Made by a program: the position numbers and the translations under genes. From contig JBASWL010000224.1 in NCBI GenBank assembly GCA_049276455.1, positions 50,351 through 114,350 on the forward strand: a stretch of DNA of 64,000 nucleotides, read 5' to 3'. Under the pieces are notes generated by a model. It did not search any database. It was given only the letters and a program-made list of their open reading frames with translations, and was not told the DNA's origin. The stretch comes from Georgfuchsia sp. Its GTDB lineage: Bacteria; Pseudomonadota; Gammaproteobacteria; Burkholderiales; Rhodocyclaceae. This document shows positions 1 to 7,711 of the stretch, in pieces (position 1 is the stretch's first letter; every line of letters starts with the position of its first letter).

Positions 1-26
1 CGAAGACAGTTCAATTCACGGAGGCC

Positions 27-869
27 GTGGGCCGGTCGCGTACCGTCGAGCAGCTGGTCGTCGGCAAGGCAACCTCCGATGGTGCCGGGGTCAAGCTGAC
101 CCGCGTGTTGTCGCAGCCGCTGCAAAGCCGGCTTGATCCTTTTCTCCTGCTCGATGCCTTTGGCAGCGACAAGTCGGATGACTACATTGCCGGCTTTCCC
201 GACCATCCGCATCGTGGTTTCGAGACGGTGACTTACATGATTGCCGGGCGCATGCGGCACCGGGACAGCGCGGGCCATGAGGGTCTGCTGGAAAACGGCG
301 GCGTGCAATGGATGACAGCCGGTCGCGGCGTGATTCATTCCGAGATTCCGCAGCAGGAAGACGGCGTGATGGAGGGCTTTCAGCTGTGGCTGAATCTGCC
401 GGGCAAGGACAAGATGGCGGCACCATGGTATCGGGATTTCGCTGCGGCCGATTTGCCGTACTTCATTACGGAAGCCGGCGTTGAGGTAACGGTGATCGCC
501 GGTGAGAGCCACGCTGTCCAGGGTGCGGTGCGCCGCGATGCGACGGCCCCGCTTTATCTGGATGTACATCTGCCCGCCGCGACGAGTTTTGCACAGCCGC
601 TTCCGGCAGGCCACAACGCCTTCATCTACGTGTATCGCGGCGAAGTGACCATTGACGGCGAGAAGATACCGGTCCGGCGCATGGCGATTCTTGCCAACGA
701 TGCCAAGGCAGACGGCGTGGTGATAGAAGCATCTGATGCGGCGAAGATCCTGTTGGTCGCAGGCCGGCCGCTGCATGAACCGATTGCTCAATACGGACCG
801 TTCGTGATGAATACGAAGCAGGAAATCTATCAGGCACTGAACGACTATCGCGATGGACGCCTGGCTTGA
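27..869 (+). CDS. Pirin family bicupin protein
   Basis: 280-aa ORF with the pirin N-terminal cupin metal-site block DHPHRGFETVTYM and downstream GVQWMTAGRGVIHSE / FQLWLNLP blocks. GTG start at 27 is preceded by GGAGG. Confidence 0.85.
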   Translation: MGRSRTVEQLVVGKATSDGAGVKLTRVLSQPLQSRLDPFLLLDAFGSDKSDDYIAGFPDHPHRGFETVTYMIAGRMRHRDSAGHEGLLENGGVQWMTAGRGVIHSEIPQQEDGVMEGFQLWLNLPGKDKMAAPWYRDFAAADLPYFITEAGVEVTVIAGESHAVQGAVRRDATAPLYLDVHLPAATSFAQPLPAGHNAFIYVYRGEVTIDGEKIPVRRMAILANDAKADGVVIEASDAAKILLVAGRPLHEPIAQYGPFVMNTKQEIYQALNDYRDGRLA

Positions 870-1347
870 GAATTTGAGCGAATGACGCCGGAACAATCCG
901 GATCTGCTTCAGTAATTATGCTGTCGCTATAGAGCGACAGCGATATCCCATGACAATACAACCAGTTAGATCATTCTAATGCAGGCCCTGCTGCTTCCCG
1001 GCGACAAGACTGGACTTTTCTTGCGCCATTAATTCATTTCAGATGCTGATTCGATTGAATAAACAGCGCTGGCATCGGTATTGCTAGAGCAATTGATCGT
1101 CACGATTACGCCATGACCACAGCCTGCTGGTTTTTTTGGCAAATGGAGTGGTAGGTGATCTTCGAATGGACTGAAATGAAGAGGACAAATTCTCTTGCAG
1201 AAACTGCTGTGACTATGCTGGCCATTGGGAAGTTTGCATTGCTGTCGGCGTGAGGCATCAGCCACTATGGCAGTGCAGCGTTCAAATTCAAGTCATGACA
1301 TTCGGTTCTGAGGAATCGCCGGACAAGCCTGTCATCGAGAGCCAAGT

Positions 1348-3561
1348 ATGGCGATCCAGCGCCTTAACGTACTAAAGAGGGCATTTCGCCTCCGCCTGGC
1401 TCGCATGAGGAAATCTTCAGGCGAGATCTCCTGTCGCGATAATTCGAGGTTTGCCAGGGCGCTTGCGGTATCGCTGCTGTTCCACGCCCTTGTGCTCATG
1501 GTTCACATCGGCATCCCCAGGCCAGACTCGCCTGGCCTCGATGCGCCTGGGCAGCAGCGGAGTGCCGGTGCCAATCCTTTGCATGTCGTGCTTGCCGCGC
1601 CATCCAGCCGCCCCGCTGTAGCCGCAAAGCCCAGCCGGGCTCCTCTCCGCCATGCACCAGCAAAGCCATTACCGTCGCCCCGCCGCAATTCCCCGCCGAT
1701 GACGGCACGGTCCGGTGTGGCCGCCAAACCGGTCAAACAGCCGGAATCGGTGGCCATGAATACAAGGGTTCTCGCGGTGGCTTCGGCGCTGGAAGCGGTA
1801 CGCAAAAAAGGGCAAAAGCCGGATAAAACCGTGGCTAGCCCAATAAATCACGCTGCACGCGTAAAAGCACATCCAAACATCATCGTTCAGAAGAACCCGA
1901 TTCGTGAAACGTTTACGGTGCCGAAACCTGTACCTGAAGGCACAGCGGATGTTGCTCGTCAGGGAACAAGGGAAGCGACAAGAACACAAGACCGCAGGCC
2001 AAAACGACCGAAGCAAAACAATAACGCAGTAATGGCATCCACCGCTGCTGAAACGGCTTCCCGCCGGGCTGCCAAGGCTGCTGTGAGACTGGCGCACAAG
2101 CAGGAACAGCGGTTGAAGGAAGCCGTGCGCCGCGCAAAGCAAGCGGAGAAGCGCAGGATTGCACGAAAGCAGAAAGAACAGAGGCTGGCAGCTGCCAGAT
2201 TGTTGGCCCAGCAGGAACGGGAGGCCCGGCGCCAGGCGGCCATGCGCCAGGCGCAGGAGGCCGAAGAGCGCAGACGCATTGAGCAGCAAGAGGCAGCACG
2301 GCAACTTGCAGCGGCGGCCGAGGCCAGAAAACAGGCAGAGGACGAAGTCCGCAGAATGGCAGAAGAGATGGATCGCCAGCAGATGGCGCTGATGGAAAAG
2401 CAACTATCCGAGCAATTGTCCGCAGCAGAATTGGCGGCACAACAGGCGCAGGAAATTGTGCAAGAAGAAGCCTTGCGTCAGGCACAGGCAGCGGAAGCCT
2501 TGAGGATCGAACAAGAACAACAGGAACAGGAAGCGCTTCGGCTGGCTGCGGAAGCCGAATCCCGCCAGCGCCTGGAGGAGCAACAGGTAGTGCTACAGCT
2601 GGCGGCAGAAACAGAAGCCAGGGAACAGGCAGTGTTGGAAGCCAGCATAATGGCAGCGGAGCTTGTCCGCCAGGAAGTTTCCATGTTGGAAAGCCAGCAG
2701 GAAGCTGCCTTGCAGCAGGCGCTTGCGGCACAAGCGCTCAGAGCTGACGAAGAAGCCGGGCTGCGGCAGGCCACGGAAGCAGCGGCACTGGCGCAAGCCG
2801 AGAAATCTGCCCGGCAGCAGGCTTTGGTGCTGGAGGCGTCTCGGAGTGCCGAAGCGGGCGGCGGTGAACGTAATGATGTGGGAACACAGGCGCCCTCCGG
2901 TACCGGCATGTCAGGTACCCAACTGGCATCGCGGGAGGGAGCGGCGGCTGGCGCCCGTTCTGCCGATGACAATCACGGACCGGGCGAAAACGGCAGCACC
3001 AATCCGGCGGGCAGTGGATCAGGCGGGCAAGCCAATGCCTCTGCAACGACCGGTAGCGGCTCGGCAAGTGGCGCCGGGCCGGGCAGCAAGCCGGCGAAGG
3101 GTGACGCAGGGAGCGGTCATGGCAATGATGAAATACGGGTGCCGAACCGCAAGGAAGGCAGCCGTCCTGGCGGCCAGACCGTCGTTGCCGGCAACAGCCA
3201 GCGCCGTGGAACATTGCTGGGCGGTTATCTGCCAGATGTGGAAGTCGTTATTTTCGCCGAGGTCTGGCGTCGCAACATCAATAGCAATGCGCCGTTCAGT
3301 CTGCTGCAGAAGGCGAAGGCAGAAGACTACAAAAATCCCTGGGTGACTGTTGCGTTGCGCAGCGACGGGAGCGTCGAGAACATCCGCTTCGATCACTCGA
3401 GCGGCGTGACGGCGATCGATGTCGCGGTTCGTCAAACCATCATGCTGCTGTCGCCCTATGACCCCTTTCCGCCGGAGTTGGCGGCGGAATACGACGTCAT
3501 CGACATACCGAGCATCTGGACCTTCAACAATGCCTTGCGCCTGATTTGGGGCGGTGGCTGA
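1348..3561 (+). CDS. Membrane-anchored TonB/TolA-like protein with an unusually long coiled-coil spacer
   Basis: 737-aa ORF. It has a basic N-terminus plus one hydrophobic helix (ALAVSLLFHALVLMV), then a Pro/Ala/Lys-rich segment. About 265 aa of E/Q/A/R-rich low complexity follow (aa ~235-500, nt ~2050-2850), then a Gly/Ser-rich linker. The C-terminal domain resembles the TonB/TolA C-terminal fold (VTVALRSDGSVENIRFDHSSGVTAIDVAVRQTIMLLSPYDPFP). Confidence 0.6.
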   Translation: MAIQRLNVLKRAFRLRLARMRKSSGEISCRDNSRFARALAVSLLFHALVLMVHIGIPRPDSPGLDAPGQQRSAGANPLHVVLAAPSSRPAVAAKPSRAPLRHAPAKPLPSPRRNSPPMTARSGVAAKPVKQPESVAMNTRVLAVASALEAVRKKGQKPDKTVASPINHAARVKAHPNIIVQKNPIRETFTVPKPVPEGTADVARQGTREATRTQDRRPKRPKQNNNAVMASTAAETASRRAAKAAVRLAHKQEQRLKEAVRRAKQAEKRRIARKQKEQRLAAARLLAQQEREARRQAAMRQAQEAEERRRIEQQEAARQLAAAAEARKQAEDEVRRMAEEMDRQQMALMEKQLSEQLSAAELAAQQAQEIVQEEALRQAQAAEALRIEQEQQEQEALRLAAEAESRQRLEEQQVVLQLAAETEAREQAVLEASIMAAELVRQEVSMLESQQEAALQQALAAQALRADEEAGLRQATEAAALAQAEKSARQQALVLEASRSAEAGGGERNDVGTQAPSGTGMSGTQLASREGAAAGARSADDNHGPGENGSTNPAGSGSGGQANASATTGSGSASGAGPGSKPAKGDAGSGHGNDEIRVPNRKEGSRPGGQTVVAGNSQRRGTLLGGYLPDVEVVIFAEVWRRNINSNAPFSLLQKAKAEDYKNPWVTVALRSDGSVENIRFDHSSGVTAIDVAVRQTIMLLSPYDPFPPELAAEYDVIDIPSIWTFNNALRLIWGGG

Positions 3562-4045
3562 TGGGCAGCGAAGGCAGGCGCTGACAGAGCCAGTGATCGA
3601 ATGAAAGCCGGCCCGGTCCGTGCAGCAGCGTCACCAGCAGCAGCATGCCCCATAGTATGTGGTCCTGAAGGCCAAGGTCCGATATGTCGGCAAACGAGAT
3701 TGCGGCGACCAGATTGACGATCGACAGTCCCGCTGCACCAAAGCGGCTGGCCAGCCCGAGCGTGAGCAGCAGCGGCAACCCCAATTCGCCCGCCGTGCCC
3801 ATCACTGCTGCGACATCGGGAGGCAGCAGCGGCACGTGGTACTCGTACTCGAACAGTTGCAGCGTTGTGCTCCAGTCGGAAATCTTGAGCCAGCCCGAGC
3901 GGAAGAAAACGCTGGCAACGTAGAGGCGAATGCCGAGATCGAACAGCGGCGTGATCCATTGTTCAATCCGCGCGATCACGCATTGTCCGAGCCGTATCGC
4001 CGTGCTTGCCGACAGTTTGCACAATGTTGCGTGGCAAGTTCTCAC
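3524..4045 (-). CDS. bufD: DoxX family inner-membrane protein (BufD/GigD-like)
   Basis: The frame is open from 4078. The best start is GTG at 4045, which forms a GTGA start/stop overlap with the upstream DUF2063 gene; alternatives are TTG 4024 and GTG 3979. Multiple hydrophobic helices and DoxX-like blocks are present (LGIRLYVASVFFRSGWLK, GELGLPLLLTLGLASRFGAAGL). It is the last gene of the DUF2282-DUF692-DUF2063 operon. Confidence 0.7.
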   Translation of the reverse strand: MRTCHATLCKLSASTAIRLGQCVIARIEQWITPLFDLGIRLYVASVFFRSGWLKISDWSTTLQLFEYEYHVPLLPPDVAAVMGTAGELGLPLLLTLGLASRFGAAGLSIVNLVAAISFADISDLGLQDHILWGMLLLVTLLHGPGRLSFDHWLCQRLPSLPISHRPKSGARHC

Positions 4046-4848
4046 GCCTGTCCCCCTTCCTCTTTTCCGGGCAGCCATGCCCGTACGAAGACACCATTAC
4101 CGGCGAAGCGTGCCAGCGCGGCGGCAAGATCGAATCCGGTCTCGGCTGCCTGCGCCGATGCGGCGGCAGTTTCGAGGCAGTCACTGCAGGCCAGCGCATC
4201 CAGAAATGCCGCTTCGCCGTGTGTCAGCGATTCGACATGGACCAGACCGTCGCGGCGCAGGATCGCCAGTCGTGCGCCCCGCGCGAAATCGACTTTCATC
4301 TCGCCGCCATAGCCCTCGGCATTGACGCGCCAGATGTCGGCCAGCGGCCACGCCGAGTCCATGCGCGCCAAGGCGGGGGTCAATGAGAAACACAATGCGC
4401 CATACTCCTCTGGCGGGCAGGCAGCGAGCCCGGACAGGTCGGTCTTCACATCGGAGGCGTAATAGACCTGCTGCACTTGCCATTCCAGCCGCGCCACGTC
4501 AGGCAGGTAGCCCAGTTTGCGGCCATGTGGCCATCCGGCGATGAAGTCGGCGAACGATTCGCCGTATTCGCTAAGGTCGCCGCTGACGCTGGGGTGTGCG
4601 CGGAAGTAGGCGCTTGCAACCTCGCGAAAGAAAGGCAGGCCGACAATCCGCGTCAGCACCGGATAGCTTGCTTGCAGCGCGCCGACCATGTTGCCGAGAA
4701 TGCTGCGGCGGTAGGCGGCAATGCGGCGGCGGCCGGTCTCGCCGGATTCCATCATGCAATCGAGCAACGCCTGTTCGGCATTCGCGCCGGCAACAATGCC
4801 GTCGTAAAAGCGCGTTTGCAGCTCAAATAGCTTAGGCAGCGCGGGCAT
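4042..4848 (-). CDS. bufC: DUF2063 domain protein, partner of the DUF692/MNIO enzyme (BufC/GigC-like)
   Basis: 268-aa ORF with N-terminal blocks (LQTRFYDGIV, AAYRRSILGNMVGALQASYPVLTRIVGLPFF, AYFRAHPSVSGDL) typical of DUF2063 proteins encoded next to DUF692. ATG at 4848 is preceded by GGGAGG and overlaps the upstream gene by 17 nt. Confidence 0.8.
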   Translation of the reverse strand: MPALPKLFELQTRFYDGIVAGANAEQALLDCMMESGETGRRRIAAYRRSILGNMVGALQASYPVLTRIVGLPFFREVASAYFRAHPSVSGDLSEYGESFADFIAGWPHGRKLGYLPDVARLEWQVQQVYYASDVKTDLSGLAACPPEEYGALCFSLTPALARMDSAWPLADIWRVNAEGYGGEMKVDFARGARLAILRRDGLVHVESLTHGEAAFLDALACSDCLETAAASAQAAETGFDLAAALARFAGNGVFVRAWLPGKEEGGQA

Positions 4849-5698
4849 GGCATGCCTCCCGCGTTGTGGTGAGCAGACGCTCGGCCTTGCCGGCCTCTGC
4901 CAGCAGCGTATCGAGCGCAGGAATATCGTTGTCCCACTCGATCAGGGTGGCGATCGGGCCGAAGCGGGCCAACGCATCGGCGTACAGTGCCCATACCGGT
5001 TCATAAACGGGGCGTGAATGGGTATCGATCAACAGCCCGTCTTCCTCCTCTTCGTAACCGGCGAGATGGATCTCGCCGACGCTGCCGACGGGGATCGCCG
5101 CAAGGTAGGCCTGTGCATCAAAACCGTGGTTGCAGGCATTGACATAAGTGTTGTTCACATCGAGCAGGATGCCGCAGCCAGTGCGCCGTGCCACGGCGGC
5201 GACGAAATCCCATTCCGGAATTTCCGCCCCGGCGAAGCGCAGGTAGCTCGAAACGTTCTCGACCAGAATGGTGCGGCCGAGAAAATCCTGGGTGCGGGCG
5301 ACGCGCTCGCACACATTGTCGAGCGCCTCCTGCGTGTAGGGTAGCGGCAGCAGGTCGTTGAGAAAGCGGCCGTTCACTGACGACCAGCACAGGTGTTCAG
5401 AGATCGCCGCCGGCTCGATGCGGCTGACCAGCGCCTTGAGCTTGTCGAGATGGCAGCGTGAAAGTTCGTCGACGGCGCCGAGCGAAAGCCCGACGCCGTG
5501 CAAACTGATGGGGTAGCGATCACGTACCATCTCCAGCACACGCAGCGGTTGACCACCGGCGCCGAAGAAGTTCTCGCTATGCACTTCGAGCCAGCCGATA
5601 TCGGGCGGCGTCTCCAGCACCTCGCGGTGGTGGGGCGCACGCAGGCCAATGCCGGCACTGGCGGGCAAAGTTGCAGCGGGTGTGTGCTGACGGTACAT
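4832..5698 (-). CDS. bufB: DUF692 / UPF0276 family multinuclear non-heme iron oxidative enzyme (MNIO; MbnB/BufB-like)
   Basis: 288-aa ORF with hallmark DUF692 blocks: GIGLRAPHH, WLEVHSENFF, ISLHGVGLSLG, SEHLCW, ILVENVSSY, GILLDVNNTYVNACNHGFD, GEIHLAG, LIDTHSRPV, LIEWDNDIP. It lies 17 nt downstream of the DUF2282 precursor gene. Confidence 0.9.
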   Translation of the reverse strand: MYRQHTPAATLPASAGIGLRAPHHREVLETPPDIGWLEVHSENFFGAGGQPLRVLEMVRDRYPISLHGVGLSLGAVDELSRCHLDKLKALVSRIEPAAISEHLCWSSVNGRFLNDLLPLPYTQEALDNVCERVARTQDFLGRTILVENVSSYLRFAGAEIPEWDFVAAVARRTGCGILLDVNNTYVNACNHGFDAQAYLAAIPVGSVGEIHLAGYEEEEDGLLIDTHSRPVYEPVWALYADALARFGPIATLIEWDNDIPALDTLLAEAGKAERLLTTTREACHARAA

Positions 5699-5715
5699 GA
5701 TGCCTGCCCGCCGGA

Positions 5716-6009
5716 TTACTTCTTCATGTCCATGGCGCCGTCGGGCATGGTGTTACCGCCCATCGTTTCGCAAGTGCCCTTGGGCACCAACTTGAAGTCA
5801 TTGGGATCGTTGTCAACCTTTGACTGGCCGGCGCAGGAATGCTTGCTGTATTTGCTGCTGCAGTCGTTCTGCCCGGCCTTGGCGACACCGAAGCATTTCT
5901 CCTTGGCCGCATCGTCGGCAAGGGCGCTGCCGCTGGCAGCGACGATGCCGAGCGCCAGCAGGCTGGCGACGGCAGACTGGATCAGGGTGTGTTTGGCTTG
6001 CATGTTCAT
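5716..6009 (-). CDS. bufA: DUF2282 family secreted Cys-rich precursor peptide (bufferin BufA1 / GigA-like)
   Basis: Trimmed to ATG 6009 (MNMQAKHTL...), which is preceded by AAGGAG. It carries a Sec-type signal peptide ending ...SGSALA. The core has four Cys in the DUF2282 pattern: [14 protein letters not shown]...SCAGQSKVD...LVPKGTCE. It sits immediately upstream of DUF692. Confidence 0.85.
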   Translation of the reverse strand: MNMQAKHTLIQSAVASLLALGIVAASGSALADDAAKEKCFGVAKAGQNDCSSKYSKHSCAGQSKVDNDPNDFKLVPKGTCETMGGNTMPDGAMDMKK

Positions 6010-6107
6010 CTCCTTGAAGTTGGGTTGCTGAGGCACGCTTCGCGGATGCGAATCCTGTGTCTCTGCAAACTTCGTCGGAGTGCCCGCCGCTTCCTTACAC
6101 AGCACGC

Positions 6108-6137
6108 AAAAAAAATTCGCCGGATATTTAATCCGGA
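6108..6137 (-). terminator. Weak intrinsic terminator/attenuator between the anti-sigma gene and the precursor gene
   Basis: On the minus strand a CCGGAT-TAAAT-ATCCGG hairpin overlaps the anti-sigma stop codon and is followed by CGAA + T8. Confidence 0.4.
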
Positions 6138-6313
6138 TCAACGCCGCCGGGAAAATTGCGGCAGGCGACGCGCAGGAAATCCATCTGCCGCTCGAAAGCC
6201 GCGCAGGCGTTGCAAAGCATCATGTGGAAACGCAGGCTGATTCGCGCGGTCATGGACAGCCGCGAATCCTGGGCGCGGATCACCAGTTCGTGCACTTCCT
6301 TGCAATTCATCAT
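6128..6313 (-). CDS. Small zf-HC2 (ZAS-type) anti-sigma factor without a transmembrane segment
   Basis: 61 aa from ATG 6313 ([11 protein letters not shown]...). The H-x3-C-x2-C motif is present ([10 protein letters not shown]). The start overlaps the sigma-factor stop (ATGA). No hydrophobic stretch is long enough for a membrane helix. Confidence 0.7.
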   Translation of the reverse strand: MMNCKEVHELVIRAQDSRLSMTARISLRFHMMLCNACAAFERQMDFLRVACRNFPGGVDPD

Positions 6314-6891
6314 ACTTTGTTGCCTCCGGGCTCGGCTCCGAACCATTTGAGTTGCAGGCACTCGCGCAGACGCATGCGCGCCCGATAAAGTACCACCCAG
6401 CAATTGGTCGTGGAAATGGCGAGTTCCTTACAGATCTCATCCGTCTCCAGGCCGAGAAACTCGCGCATCATGAATACGCGCGCCGTCTTCGCCGGCAGGA
6501 TTTCCACACAGGCCTCGAAGACATCGTAAAAACGCTTGTTCTCCAGTGTGCGCTGCGGGTCGCCCCAGTCGGATAGCGGCTCGGCCCAGTGGCCATCGGC
6601 ACGGAACAGCGCATCGAAATCGCGCTCCTCGCCATCGTCATCGATTGCCTGCAACGAAGGTTCGCGGGCACGACGGCGAATCTGGTCGACAATCTTGTTG
6701 CGCAAAATGGCGGTCAGCCAGGTGCGCAGAGAGGACTTGCCGGCAAACTGCTGTTCCCCGGTCAGGGCTGCGAGCAGGCACTCCTGCACGGCGTCCTCTG
6801 CCGCAGCCTCGTCGCGCAGCTGTAGGCGGGCAAACCGCAACAGCATCGGTCGCAGCCGGGCGGCTTCATTACTTAGGCTCTCATCGTCCAT
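6310..6891 (-). CDS. ECF (sigma-70 group 4) RNA polymerase sigma factor
   Basis: 193-aa ORF with region 2 (AEDAVQECLLAAL, SSLRTWLTAILRNKIVDQIRR) and region 4 (VFMMREFLGLETDEICKELAISTTNCWVVLYRARMRLRECL) blocks. Confidence 0.9.
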   Translation of the reverse strand: MDDESLSNEAARLRPMLLRFARLQLRDEAAAEDAVQECLLAALTGEQQFAGKSSLRTWLTAILRNKIVDQIRRRAREPSLQAIDDDGEERDFDALFRADGHWAEPLSDWGDPQRTLENKRFYDVFEACVEILPAKTARVFMMREFLGLETDEICKELAISTTNCWVVLYRARMRLRECLQLKWFGAEPGGNKV

Positions 6892-7098
6892 GGCGTGATT
6901 GTAGTCAATGACAGCGATATTGCCGATCCTTCAATTCCGTCAGGAAAACTGCAAGTTGCCTGATGGGTGAAACCACTGTTGTAATATGGCAACAACATGA
7001 GTGCCTGATGATGACAATCGCAGATAACCCTGATAGCATCGTCAATGCTGTACGGGTTTATTTATCTGGATTCATTAAATTCATATATGAGGTTATTA

Positions 7099-7626
7099 AT
7101 GAACATCACATTAACAAAGATTTCTGTTGCCATTGCTCTTGTCGTAGCCGCAACGGCTGCTAGTGCCCAGGTTTATGGCGAGGTTGCATACACCGGGCTT
7201 ACCTATGAAGAAGAGGGGGGCAAAGCCGATCTCGGCACGCTTGGCGCCACGATTGGCTATGAAATAAACAAGAATCTTGCGGTAGAAGGCATGTTTGCCG
7301 CAGGCGTCCAGGATGACGACGTTGATGTGGGTGGTTTCAACGTTAATGTCGACCTCAAGAACACCTATGGTGTCTTTCTGAAGCCGAAAGCAGAGCTCGC
7401 AGAAAACCTCGAGGTATATGCCAGGCTTGGTTGGGCCAAGAGCAAAATTGAAGCAAGCGCCTTCGGTCAGACGATGAGCGATTCGGGTAGTGATTTTGCC
7501 TACGGCGTTGGCCTGCAATACAGTTTCTCGCCTACGACTTATGTCACTGGCAGTTACACCAATCTCTACGATAAGGAAGGCACAACCATAGACGGCTGGG
7601 GTATCGGCATCGGCTACAAGTTCTGA
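7099..7626 (+). CDS. Small outer-membrane beta-barrel protein (OmpA-like transmembrane / porin family)
   Basis: Trimmed to ATG 7099, preceded by GAGG. The signal peptide ends AATAASA-QV. The sequence shows alternating amphipathic beta-strand pattern, a YGVGLQYSF block and a C-terminal aromatic residue (GIGYKF). Confidence 0.75.
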   Translation: MNITLTKISVAIALVVAATAASAQVYGEVAYTGLTYEEEGGKADLGTLGATIGYEINKNLAVEGMFAAGVQDDDVDVGGFNVNVDLKNTYGVFLKPKAELAENLEVYARLGWAKSKIEASAFGQTMSDSGSDFAYGVGLQYSFSPTTYVTGSYTNLYDKEGTTIDGWGIGIGYKF

Positions 7627-7647
7627 GTTCGTATCCAGCATCCCTCC

Positions 7648-7677
7648 AAGCCCACCGAATATCGGTGGGCTTTTTGT
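7648..7677 (+). terminator. Rho-independent terminator of the OMP gene
   Basis: AAGCCCACCG-AATAT-CGGTGGGCTT followed by a T-run, 20 nt after the stop codon. Confidence 0.7.
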
Positions 7678-7711
7678 TGCCAGCCGCAGCGACGGCAATA
7701 CATCGGCTCTG

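Noticed and set aside
1029-1265. 78-aa minus-strand ORF in the pirin/TonB-like spacer
   Set aside because: It has no RBS and a Cys/His/Ser-rich, unstructured-looking translation in AT-rich DNA. Nothing supports coding.
1669-2972. Several 100-270-aa ORFs on both strands inside the coiled-coil region of the TonB-like gene
   Set aside because: They arise from the repetitive GCN/CAG/GAG-rich DNA encoding the E/Q/A/R stretch. Their translations are Cys/Leu/Pro/Arg-rich nonsense.
6010-6960. Attempted ECF-type promoter motifs: GGAAG-15 nt-CGAA upstream of bufA and GGAAT-17 nt-CGCT upstream of the sigma gene
   Set aside because: The two candidates differ in spacing and in the -10 element, and neither matches a defined ECF consensus well enough by eye. 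I therefore left them out of the feature list.
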